A model generated the notes under the pieces. The model searched no databases. It saw nothing but the letters and a program-made list of their open reading frames with translations, and was not told the DNA's origin. DNA of 63,840 bases, filler included, from Perkinsus chesapeaki ATCC PRA-425 (Eukaryota > Protista > Perkinsozoa), in assembly GCA_013115145.1 (NCBI GenBank). It is 11 parts of 11 records of this genome, joined end to end, with 100 filler letters (N's around TTAATTAATTAA, not from the genome) between each part and the next. Parts side by side here need not be neighbours in the genome. Positions count along the whole stretch, not along the records: positions 10,383 to 20,363 come from JAAPAO010000911.1; positions 20,464 to 21,862 come from JAAPAO010001983.1; positions 21,963 to 37,693 come from JAAPAO010000721.1; 8 more parts are not named here. One strand, 5' to 3'. The translations under genes and the position numbers were made by a program. This document shows, piece after piece, positions 13,199-24,269 of the stretch. Every line of letters begins with the position of its first letter. Within the stretch, counting starts at the first letter, position 1.

Positions 13199-13998
13199 AT
13201 TTTGGGTCCCAAAAGACCACCTTTAATTAAAGGAGTACCACGATCAGAGATACGCTCATCTAATCGATCACGGAGAGATTGCCCGTGTGATAAGACATCT
13301 CGAGTCGAGATTCTCGACCTATAGCGAGCCGAACGGTTCGGCCCGAACCCAGTTAATATTTTCTAGATAATTATCGTATCGCATAACAGGATTTTGAACT
13401 ACGGTGGTTCAACTACTGCAACATACCAACGTTAGTTTTTTCTTAGATATTTGCCGCTGTTATAAATGATCTCTAAGAGATCATGTACGATATTTCCTGT
13501 TATGTCATAGGGATCATGACCACTACGTACATTTGTTTTAGTCAATCTTGAATACTTTCGGTCTTAGTGGATATCGGTGATACCATATTATCTTCATAGT
13601 ATACAGATTCTGGACCCTTGAATTATGACTCTTATCTAGAGATGGAAGAGTTCTAATGCAAGTCTCGCAATATTTGAAACTTGACCGTTATGACCGGGAT
13701 AGCTCCTCGTAACGATACGCCGTTCAAGCTCAACGAAACTTCACTACTTGTTAGCACTTGTCCCTCATGCTTCCATTGGACCCAACTTATCTATGATGAT
13801 GGGATCATTCCACTTTGAAAATGACTACTCATTTACGGCTCGAGGCTTAGTTCGGAAAGTCAACTGATGTCTACAGAACCACCACGCATGTAATGATTCC
13901 CTCGACAACTTAAACAAGCCGAGTGATAACATTTTTCTCAGGATAGTGGCTTGACAGATAAGAAAGTAGCCTTACTACAACTATACAGGACTACCGTT

Positions 13999-15150
13999 CT
14001 ATGGCCGATCAGAGTAGCGAGCGAATTTCACCAATTTACGTTGCATATCAAACGATGAGAAATAAGTGGTGAAAAACGGACGACCCAGGATAATTACAGC
14101 GGTATCACGATAGATCATTTGGAGCACGTACCATCCATCATCATACTTCTGGGCATACTTTTTTGGTGGGATACGTATGACGAGTGGACTCAAAGAATAA
14201 GAACCAACGTTGAACGTCAGGGTAGGCAAGAAGTTGTATGCTGCCTCCTCGATCAGCCAAAGGTCCCCAAGGTTTTTGATTTTTGGGTTTCTACCCGAGT
14301 CATTTCTCACTGACTGACGTATCTCTTTCATGAGGTAGTCTAACTGCGCTTGGGGGAAGGTGAGCTGGGCTGCCCCAGTATCGTATACAACAGCAGCATC
14401 AGACAGCTGTTTTGTAGAAGCTTGACCTTTAGAGCTCACCAGACCAAGACTGTTCAGATTTGTAGTAAAAAGTTCGCTATATTCACCGGTCAACCTCATT
14501 AGAACAGTCATAGTAGTTGGAGCTTGGATAGCACATCGACCTTTCCATTGACCAATCAGAAGTTGCCCACCGAAGGTAACCACGCCCCTAGCCGAGATGC
14601 ATACCGAAACGGCGTACTGTTGCACGATCTTATTATTAAATAGGTCTAATGGTACTGTGTGAGGGTCATAAGTGTCAGGGAAGGCTAGACCGAGAAAGTT
14701 CATAGGTTTCTCGGTAGGTATTGGTGAAGTGAAATCGATGATGAGGCGGAACTGGGTTTTCAGTTTATGGCCACTCACATCAATCACCCCCTCATGCTGC
14801 ACGGTAGTGATAGTCGAACCGTCAGCGAATTGGGTTGTATAATGCTCCATCTTGAAGGGGTCGCACGCACTTACGCAAACATAGCATAGTCTGGGCGGGC
14901 ATGAGCCTTCCCCGTAGACCTCCTCATACCAACCTTTGTATATAACCGAAGTTCCAATCATGGCCGTGTCCATGTAGAGGTCCAATGGTTGACCATCGAA
15001 GCTAATTCCGGTAAGAATGCTATCGTCGAAGGACAGGGAGATTTGCCCGATGATGGAGGGTAGCCCAACCGAAGCTACGAGATAAGATTTGATAGCCGCA
15101 AATCGCATTGAGAGATTGGGAAGGATGACAGACTCCAACAAGGTGGACAA
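13999..15150 (-). CDS. Pepsin-like (A1) aspartic protease, intronless, secreted-type
   Basis: 383-aa ORF with hydrophobic N-terminus, LYMDTAMIGTS and VVYDTGAAQL Asp motifs, FLGLA, and a C-terminal ILGRPFFTTYFSSFD..LVKFA signature. Confidence 0.85.
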   Translation of the reverse strand: MSTLLESVILPNLSMRFAAIKSYLVASVGLPSIIGQISLSFDDSILTGISFDGQPLDLYMDTAMIGTSVIYKGWYEEVYGEGSCPPRLCYVCVSACDPFKMEHYTTQFADGSTITTVQHEGVIDVSGHKLKTQFRLIIDFTSPIPTEKPMNFLGLAFPDTYDPHTVPLDLFNNKIVQQYAVSVCISARGVVTFGGQLLIGQWKGRCAIQAPTTMTVLMRLTGEYSELFTTNLNSLGLVSSKGQASTKQLSDAAVVYDTGAAQLTFPQAQLDYLMKEIRQSVRNDSGRNPKIKNLGDLWLIEEAAYNFLPTLTFNVGSYSLSPLVIRIPPKKYAQKYDDGWYVLQMIYRDTAVIILGRPFFTTYFSSFDMQRKLVKFARYSDRP

Positions 15151-16357
15151 TCAAGTAGAGTCACAAGAGACTACTGCTGACGCACGCGAGAACATCGTTG
15201 GGCGGCGCGTGAATTTCGGGTCGCGGATCATCGTATTTGTTGAAGCCGTAGTACCGGCGACAAAGCCGAGCCTTTAGGGTTTATTTCCTTAACCCACCAC
15301 TACCAGTGGTAGTCTATCACTATGGTTGTCTACCGCGGTGCAAGTGGTACTACCGTGGTATGACCTATTCCATAAGTTCCATGGAAAAAGACTCCGAACT
15401 AGAGACGCTCCACAGAAAAGCGAAATCGCTCCCAGAGGAAAATGAGAACACGATGAAACAATTTACAACTGTGTCCAACATGGGCCATGTTACATGGCGG
15501 AGTGAGCAATATTTCATACACAACACAGTTCTCAAGCTGCACGCTAGTAACCGCCTCGTACGTACTAGCAGTACCATCTACGACTCGACATTGTCGAGTC
15601 AACAACATTCGTCTACGAGACTAACAAACTGGGAAGAGATTCTACCAAATCCACCTCAATTCCTCTAACCTCTCTATTCTCTTGGCGGAACCTATAAGTA
15701 GCGCTATCGATTGTGGACGCTGTCCAGTGAATAGTGGATAATTGAAGGCCGCGTGGGAAAGCACATGATATCCCAACAATTTGTATGCTATTTTCTGCGC
15801 CCGTTTGTCTCCCCGGCGGGGAGTCCCCGCAATTGTGTGCTAAGATCCCTACTAGGAATTGCCTAGCGTTCAGCTCGTGGGAATCAAACTGTGGCATCGG
15901 TGCATAACCCATTAGTAGTATAGGTTTCTTAGGTTGCAACGGTATCGAGTTGTGATGCGATGGTCACAATTGCTGTCTCTCTTTAATAGCCAGCACAACT
16001 TGTCCCTTTCTAACTGTAGCTTCATCAATGTACAGTAGTTGTTCCCCCTTGAAGGGGGCCCCTTCGGATTTTGTTATTGTGTAACACAATAACACAATTT
16101 GTGGTCCAAGTACAACACGAGACTCGTGTCACGAGTCAATACTATAGAGTCTATTATAGACTGTCTATAGTATAGACTCCATCACCTACGAACCACTCCT
16201 TAGACGGAAACGAGTCTTGAGCTATTTATGATATTCCGTATTTATTGTGATAATCCGTCGTAGAATCCCTGATAATGACGATGTGATATCGGCAATACCA
16301 GCATTCCCATCTTTGGGAATGCCCTCGAAGCACAGTTCTATACCTTTCAGAAATCTA

Positions 16358-16567
16358 TTTCGCGTTTATTCCCATCAATTTCGCGGATAAGGAGATCGTT
16401 TTCGCGAATAGGGGCATCAATTTCGCGGTAGGAGACTCCTACCTCCTAAATTGATCTCCCTATTCGACTCCTACTAGGAGTCAAATAGGGAGATCAATTT
16501 CGCAGATAGGGACACCAATTTCGCGAAGAATGATCACAATTTTGCGGTTGAGGAAATCAATTTCGGG
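16358..16567. repeat. Two blocks of four 21-bp-phased (ATCAA)TTTCGCG repeats around a 53-bp palindrome
   Basis: Cores start at 16358, 16379, 16400, 16421 and 16498, 16519, 16540, 16561; palindrome at 16448-16500. Confidence 0.9.
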
Positions 16568-17846
16568 CTGTACTTTTAACTCCACAAACATCTAGCAAGC
16601 ATCAGCACTCCATCTAGCACTCCATCAAGCATATCCCCCGGACAAGCTTGAACGTTGTGAAAAAAAGATGCTCTAACAACGTTGAAGTATTCAACGTTTC
16701 AGTGATTTCCAACGTCGAAGATAAGAATAACGAGATGATAAGATTCTCATACCGGCTACGATGAGCTATAAAATCATTTCATTGAAATGGAATTCCTTGG
16801 TCCGGAGCATTAGTCACGTTCAACCGAGCCCCCGAAGCAAGTGGATCGCCAGATACTGTAAGTCGCAGTTCTAGATATTGGCCGATACTGGAGCAAATGC
16901 TCCTGTTGTTTGTGATCAAGGTTATGGGAAAATTTTTATACAGAGGGGTTATATAGTGTTCAAATATACGGAGCCTGCCTCTTCATAGTAATATGACATT
17001 ACTTATGTCCATCAGTAATTCAACAATTTGCTGACCATCATCGGCGGAAAGTTCAACTGCGATGCATAACACAGCATGCGTTGGCTATCAGACTCAACGT
17101 CCTTAGATAATCTGACAGGGGACGATACGGAATCCATCTGCCCTGCCTGAGGTTGCCCACTCATGGGAGGTTAAACGTGAGCTTAACGGCCCTGATAGAA
17201 CAGGGGTCCTGCAACTAAATAGTGGACCCTCGGGGCACGCATATTAACCGCATGGCTTATAAATTATAAGCTATGAATTATAAGGTTTAATGTCAGAACC
17301 CTAGACCACCCTTGGAACCTCCTTGAGAGAATGACAGGGGACTGCGACAAACACGAGTTGTGTTACACGACAGCCCCAGTATAATTTTGTGAGGGGGTGA
17401 GCGGCGCAAGGTGTGGAAATCGTCCCGGGGTATAGTTAAACTGGGACATTTGAGACTGTATGATAAGTGACGATGGGCACTGCGCATGACTTTGTGATCC
17501 ACAACTAGTAGTCGGCCCGGCTTCCGAAGTGTACACTAAGTGACTGGTGAAACTACCCAAGATTGATGAAGTTAGATGGCCGATTCGGCCAGGCCGAATA
17601 AAGTCAAGGTGTTGTACCCTGTGGTGGTTTGCCGTTTTTCATAATGGAGAATCGTAGGGGAGCTGACCGGATGTGCACGAGTCGTATTTGGCACCGCATT
17701 CGGTCATTGTTCTCACTTTCGGTACTCTGGCACGTGGTAAAAAGTGCGCAAATTCCTGGGCGAGCGAGATTTCTTGTGAAAAAAACGCCTGAAATGGTGT
17801 GACATATATATTCTCAATCCCCGTAATTTTCTCTATGTAGAGGATA

Positions 17847-18299
17847 GTGTCATTGGTTTTTTGTAAGAACTTTTCTCACTTCAGCCCCACCAAAACATAC
17901 CCGTGCGTGGAAACCAATCAAAAGAGTACCCTTCAACGCTATCTCCAGGGAATCCAGGCGAGACAGCCTTTCCCTATCAAGTTTAATGATATGCTGTTCA
18001 CGGCTCTAAGGAGTGACTCTGACTACAATCAATGGGGAGGACGGAATTGGTGGCAAAATGCTCGCATGCCATATTACAACATGCTGTTCAGTGGCGATGC
18101 TGATATGGTCGATGCGGCTTCATTCCGCAACTTTCAGGATACTCTAGAGTACGCCAAAATGAAGACGCAGGTGTATTACCCGAATATGACCCCACCAGTT
18201 GCGTACTGGGATGAGCCACCCACAGAGTCACGGTTGCGGCCGCGAGCAAAGAGCAGCAGAGAGAACTGTCAAGGTTATGCCTTGTCAAAGTGCACCTGA
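17847..18299 (+). pseudogene. Fragment of a DUF5703/GH95-like glycoside hydrolase
   Basis: LQRYLQGIQAR..FPIKFNDMLFT..DSDYNQWGGRNWWQNARMPYYNMLFSGD resembles, from memory, the conserved core of bacterial DUF5703 proteins. No flanking exons recognised. Confidence 0.5.
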
Positions 18300-18436
18300 G
18301 CCGCCAACCGTAGGCGTCGTAACGACGCCACCAGCAACAACACCTCCTACAACTTGCGTCGGTGCAGCATCGACTGCAAGCGCATCGTATACTATAGTAC
18401 ATCGTATACTACTACAGTATTCTGGTCGCATTCATT

Positions 18437-18632
18437 GTCTTCTACGTCTTGAAGCTGTCGTATTTATCTACGTTTCGAAGCCGTCATAGTCTTCTACGTC
18501 TTGAAGCTGTCGTAGTTATCTACGTTTCGAAGCCGTCATAGTCTTCTACGTCTTGAAGCTGTCGTAGTTATCTCCGTTTCGAAGCCGTCATAGTCTTCTA
18601 CGTCTTGAAGCTGTCGTAGTTATCTACGTTTC
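18437..18632. repeat. 52-bp tandem repeat, ~3.8 copies (itself a diverged 26-bp dimer)
   Basis: GTCTTCTACGTCTTGAAGCTGTCGTA-GTTATCTACGTTTCGAAGCCGTCATA starts at 18437, 18489, 18541 and 18593. Confidence 0.95.
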
Positions 18633-18997
18633 AACACAGAATCATTAAGAGATCCGGATATACATCATCTTTGTGACTGTTAAACTGTGGGGCGGTTGAA
18701 TATTGGATGCTTAAGAATTTCCAAGACTACCTGTCAACTGGTGTGGCGTTTAATGTAAGGTGCAAGCTTGTGAGAACTGTGCACCCTTCTTCAACCAAAC
18801 TTGCTCTGGCCATTACAACCACAGTGATGTGAGAGCCTGAATTTCGCGTTTAAAAATAAGGTCAAATCGAGACAAGTATCCGCACACGTTTAAAGCTCAC
18901 GCATGGCCGAACCATAGCTGCTATGGCATAGCATGAGACGGTCAGGGCAGCTCAGCGAGACAATAACCCTTTTATTGATACATCGAGTAGTGTGCCT

Positions 18998-19071
18998 GAT
19001 AGTGGTACCACAGCTATGATAGTGGTCTAGTGGTACCACAGCTATGATAGTGGTCCAGTGGTACCACAGCT
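18998..19071. repeat. 28-bp tandem repeat, ~2.6 copies
   Basis: AGTGGTACCACAGCTATGATAGTGGTC(T/C) starts at 19001, 19029 and 19057. Confidence 0.9.
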
Positions 19072-19547
19072 TCCCGTGACGACCTCCATCATTCCCAAGT
19101 GAAGTTTGCTCTGTATACGTTAACTGTAAGACTCACAGTGTTAACGGATATCGGTGGAACCTCACGATTATCTGGGCTGTGAGCACTAATCCCTACCGAC
19201 TCTCTCGAGGTTCTAGTCCAGAATCGCTTGCATGACTCAACTATGCATACTTCGTGCCCCAATATTGAAGCGCGCAAGACGAGTGGAGTTCCAATCTTTA
19301 CTTGCGTATGTCACATAAACCCTTGTACGTGTGACAGAGATCGGTCCTAGCTCGTGCGCTGAGAAATCTATCATGACTGATGTAACCTACAACTGAGAGG
19401 GTACTTGACCTGCTTCAACGCAACAGGAGAGAAATGCCGGAGTGACCAGAATCTAATAAACCAATATCGAGAGACAAAAACTAGGGCTACAACGTTCTCA
19501 ATGAAAAGATGATAAACCTCCAGGGGACAGGGAACTTGCTGCTGCCC

Positions 19548-20363
19548 TCACCACCGCTGACGGGGGCTCGTGAACACTCCGTGCGATCGCAATTCTACGT
19601 ATTTGTCGACGTCGAACGCAACTTCCCCCTCAAGCGAGGCTTCACTGGTAGAATCGGGATGGTCCGGATCACCCTTGTCATGGAGATAGTCCCTCACTTT
19701 GCTGCCCACGTAGATTTGACGAGGCCTTCCAATCCTTAGCTGACCCTCGGACATCATCTCTCTCCATTGGGTGATCCACCCTATCGATCTGGCCATAGCG
19801 AAAAGCACCGTGTACATGCTCACTGGAACACCGATGGCTCTGAGCATAATGCCCGAGTAGAAGTCCACGTTAGGATAAAGCTTCCTAGAAGTGAAATACG
19901 AGTCACTCAATGCCGCCTCTTCGAGTGCCACTGCCAGCATGAGCTGAGGGTCATCACGGAAGCCACATGCGTCGAGAACCTCGTGAGTCAGTTGCTTCAT
20001 ATACGTGGCACGCGGGTCGAAATTTTTGTACACTCGGTGGCCGAAGCCCATTAGACGCACGCCGTCCTTCTTTGCCTTCACGTCAGCCAGGAACTGCGGG
20101 ATGTTGTCCAACTTGCCTATCTTGTCGAGCATGTCGATAACAGCTTCGTTGGCTCCACCATGAGCCGGCCCCCATAATGAAGCAATGCCGGCTGCAATAC
20201 ACGCGTAAGGATTGGCCTGCGATGAGCCTGCGATTCGAACCTAGGCAACGTATAATAGTCACTTCACCATGTGGCCATTACCGTGGCTGTGGACGCGTTC
20301 TGCTCATGATCAGCATGCAAAATGAGGAACTTATCAATCGCTTTGGCGAATATCGGATTGACG
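19548..20363 (-). CDS. gltA: Citrate synthase, bacterial/peroxisomal type, 5' partial
   Basis: [13 protein letters not shown]|[47 protein letters not shown] and [10 protein letters not shown]; 41-nt GT-AG intron at 20241-20281. Confidence 0.96.
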
Positions 20364-20799
20364 NNNNNNNNNNNNNNNNNNNNNNNNNNNNNNNNNNNNN
20401 NNNNNNNTTAATTAATTAANNNNNNNNNNNNNNNNNNNNNNNNNNNNNNNNNNNNNNNNNNNNGGCAGCCTGCAGCTCAGATATTCCTTTTGTAAGCTTT
20501 TTCACCTGCCAAGGAGGGAATATTATCCACTCTGGAAACATAATGTAGCGTAATGTGTACTATCACGTACGATGTTGCGAAGAAGGTATGGTTTAAATTC
20601 TAACAACGTTGATCGAGCGAATATCAACTTAGAGTATTATTTGGAAACTCTGCGATGTAATTTTCGGGTCTTCAAATCTCGGCACACAGAAATGAAACAG
20701 TTGATCGATTCACAAATACTGTTCACCATGCTCGGAGAGACACACCTGACTGATTCGATTACCCACTACCCCCAGTTTACAAAGAAAACGAAATATGAT

Positions 20800-21862
20800 A
20801 TCATTCCAGGCTGCCGGCGAGCTGCACACCGAAAGTGTATTCAATGGAAACGATGCAGGTGAATCCTTCCGACCTCGGATTCAGCAGATGCTTTAGCCTC
20901 TTTCGATTCCACAAGCTTGTTCTCAAGAGCATCGATATCATCTTGTACAGCCTGCAACCAAAGGATAATGTCCAACACTACTACTCAACAGCAGCTTACC
21001 TGTCTACTCTGATTCATACCCGCTAACTTGTCTTCGATCGATTGATGTTTATCTTTACTGCGTTGGTGGGCCGCCTAAGTCGCCGCTGCTACTACCGCCA
21101 TACACGACCAAAGGCTAACCTCGAGACCTTCAAGCTCTCCTTTCAGCTCATCTAGCGTCTGCCCGGACATGCTTGCTTCCAGTGCCTCTACATCCTATCC
21201 GCTAAAGGCACTTTAGTGGATTTCTGATACCATCTCACCCGTTCAATCGATTCTTTCTCAATCTCCATATCGCCGACCTTCGCTGATTGCGCCTCTTGTT
21301 GCTCCCGCAACCTGTTCTCTTGTGCTTTCACTCTTTCGATCTCATCTTTCAGTTTCTGAGAGCGTGAATATTACGAATGACCGGAGACTAGAGCGGAGCA
21401 GCTGTGCGTGACGGCGGCCCGCTTGCTCGATAAGAGCGCTTCGACGGCGCATTCCCACCTTAATTTGCTCCTCTTGATTCCCACCAAGACTGGCGACTTC
21501 TTCTTGCAATCTACTCACCTCCGCCGCTAGACGCTCCTTCTCGGGCTAAAATTGACATAGTCACTGTAGGGAGCCATTGTTATACCAATTAATGCAACAA
21601 CGTCATTTGATCGCTATGCGACGAAGGACTGTAGTAATGACTCATCGGAGATGGTACGGATCAGAGTGCTCTGGCAGCTATTGAACTTCACACACTGTCG
21701 AGCTATTGGAGAGGTTGAAAAAGAAATCAGCTCACTAAATTCCGTTTCCTAGGCGACCATTTTTGAAGTGCCGAGCAGGGGAGCAGTAGCGATGGTTTGC
21801 TATCCCACCTCGAGCTCTCCGATGGATTTCTCATGCTCATCGATTTGACTGTTCAGCTCTTC
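20800..21862 (-). CDS. Internal multi-exon fragment of a long coiled-coil protein
   Basis: Several E/K/Q-rich exon-like segments (e.g. QKLKDEIERVKAQENRLREQQEAQ) separated by short introns; family not recognised; boundaries approximate. Confidence 0.45.
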
Positions 21863-21962
21863 NNNNNNNNNNNNNNNNNNNNNNNNNNNNNNNNNNNNNN
21901 NNNNNNTTAATTAATTAANNNNNNNNNNNNNNNNNNNNNNNNNNNNNNNNNNNNNNNNNNNN

Positions 21963-22932
21963 AGGGCACTTCTACCCACTGGCTGCTCACGGGCAGCCCT
22001 CGGGATGGCCCATCCGCTGGGTTCGCCTCACTAGCGACCCGACAGAAGTACACGCTTACGAGCCCGTTTGCTAAGCGATCCCACATACGCCCAACAACCG
22101 CGTTCATGTCCGCAGGTTTCCCTGATCCCCGGCTTACCATCTTACGGACAACCTCCGAATCCGTACAGACCAGATAACTCCTCCTGGGGTCCACACAGTA
22201 CGTTTCGATTGCGGCAGCTACTGCATACAGCTCAAACGCCATCACCTGATTTTCTCGCTCACTTAGCTGGAGCTTGAACCACTCTGGTACTTGCCCCTTG
22301 CTGTACCAGACCTTCGTTGAGTCTGCTGCCGTCGCCACCGCTGCAATCTCTCCGTCGCCTGTCGCGTCGGCATATAGAACAACGTGCGTCCGTGGTTCGT
22401 CCGGGGGCACTACTGCGGTAGTGAACTCTACTCCTCTTCCGCAGCCACCTTGCCGTGTCGTCGCCAGCATTCGTGCGACTCCTCGCAACGCTGTCCTCAT
22501 CTCGTCGCTTGCGGCATGTCCATACGTCCCTCTGATGATAGTGCGCACGTACGCGCGCCCACAGCGACCTCGCAGCACACTGCACGCGAAGCTGAGCCTG
22601 CCGGCCAACTTCCGCCCAGCTGAACCCCCTGGGAGGCCTTCGTGTATAGCTCTTGCTAGCACCTTTGCCACGTCGCTCGGCCCTACGTCCCTCTCTTGCT
22701 TAACCACGAGCCCCAGCAGCTCGTTTAGCCTGCCGAATGCTTGGAACGAACTCGCCGCCGCCTCCTGCGGCTCTATGGGCGAGAAGCGAGGACGAACAGG
22801 CTGCTCAACAGGGAGATGAGTCTCGATAAGTACCGCGCTTGATAAGCGCCATACCGAGAGACGAGTTCCACTGTGATCCCTGGGCGGGAGGGAGGGCCGA
22901 ATTTCCTGGCTGTCAGGGCGACGCTCAAGCAC
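21963..22932 (-). mobile_element. DIRS-like retroelement fragment: RT thumb plus RNase H
   Basis: KLAGRLSFA..GRAY followed by RNase H catalytic motifs VLYADATG, VMAFELYAV, VCTDSEVV and RVASEANPADGPSR; GC-rich and intronless. Confidence 0.75.
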
Positions 22933-24269
22933 ACGGAAGGCCGTTCTTCAGCACCGGAACCTCCTGTTCCGTTCCCCGCGTCACCCATCCGCTGACGCAC
23001 GCGTGCACATGGAGTTACGCTTCGCCGGACGCCCATAGGATTTTACAACGAGACACTAATGTGTATCGATATATAAAATCCTTGTTGCGCATCCTTGATC
23101 ATCGCAGAGACGTTGGGCGAGAAGCGAGGACGAACAGGCTGCTCAACAGGTTCGCGATTAACCGTTGAGAAGAATGAACTGGCGGTTTAACTCTCAACTG
23201 TTAGAGTCCAACTGAAATACCCGTTGCTGTTAACAATCTAGTGAGGAAGTTTGTTGATTTGTTTCATATGCATGAATCCTCCGGAATAGATGAGAACTCC
23301 AGCCGTTTAAAAAGAGTTTACATCACGTATCAAAATCAAAAACAGGGATTTCTGTAGGGCTCAATATTGAAAGGATAACTGCTAAGTATGTGGACAGATT
23401 CTCGGCTGAAACCTATGGCCTACGTTCCGTTGGGAGGCATTTTAAACTTGAGCCGGAACAGTTGTTACGAATGGAGATCTGTGAGGAGGGTACAGGAAGG
23501 CGAATGGCTTTTGGGGACACCAAGAATGGGGGAGCTTACATTTTAACGGTGAGGAAGAGATTCATCGAATGATGCGAAGTTTACCCTCTAATTGCATTCC
23601 TGGGTGATATGTTAGCCTTGCTCAGTCGAGAAGTTCTGTTTGCTCACAAGGCCCTTTGTTTTGCTTTTAAGGAGCGGAAAAATCGAGAAGAATTCTGTAG
23701 ATTCTCCCTTCATTATGACGCGAGTAGAGTACGCAAACATATGTTCACCGAATGTTCGATGAAAAATTAATACCATCACTCATTTGACTGAGGAGGCTCC
23801 GTTAAACGAATGAACTCATATCGTGCGCGCCCCCCTACTGAAGGTTGCGGGAAAGGGCTCACCGGCTTCGCGTGGGGATAGTGATGATATAATAACGGTT
23901 GAAGACTCAGAGACGAAAGTGAAGACGAAGTAACGTGAACCGTTCTTGAGCGTTTGGACCTTCTTGCAGGATTAAATACATCAACTCAGCCGAATGGGAG
24001 AGCCATCTGGAGCATGCTCTCTGTGAGGCATTCGCCATCTCGCGTGATGATACGGAGTTGGAGCTAGTCCTTGAATGGGGAACCGAATCAGTGGGTTGAA
24101 AATGCAGTGCACGGCCAATATCTAACTGCAGTTCATCGTGCCGCTCGCGGATGTCTCTCCATCACTCGGAAGGCATTATGTCCTTTGGCGACAGCACAAC
24201 GACCAGAGTTGGTGGAAATGGGATTTTCGTAGCTTATCCAGGGATGCTGACCTGAGGCGCCCCGGTTGT

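Noticed and set aside
15613-15939. IQIVGISCAFPRG resembling the start of a polyketide ketosynthase domain
   Set aside because: No further KS motifs follow; likely chance.
10383-16567. Conserved-core/variable-spacer arrays as CRISPR-like arrays
   Set aside because: Cores are only 7-12 bp and spacers 8-14 bp, there are no cas genes, and the context is eukaryotic.
16358-16567. TTTCGCG as E2F sites; GGAAATTTCC at 58881 as an NF-kB site
   Set aside because: Short motif identity only; no evidence these factors act here, and the phasing or palindromy needs another explanation.
16640-16800. Minus-strand RRWKSL..ILQR resembling the hAT TRWNS motif
   Set aside because: Too short and interrupted by stops to call a transposase remnant.
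24001-24010. AGCCATCTGG partial match to the 21-nt spliced leader
   Set aside because: Only 10 nt, diverges immediately and is not near an evident start codon.
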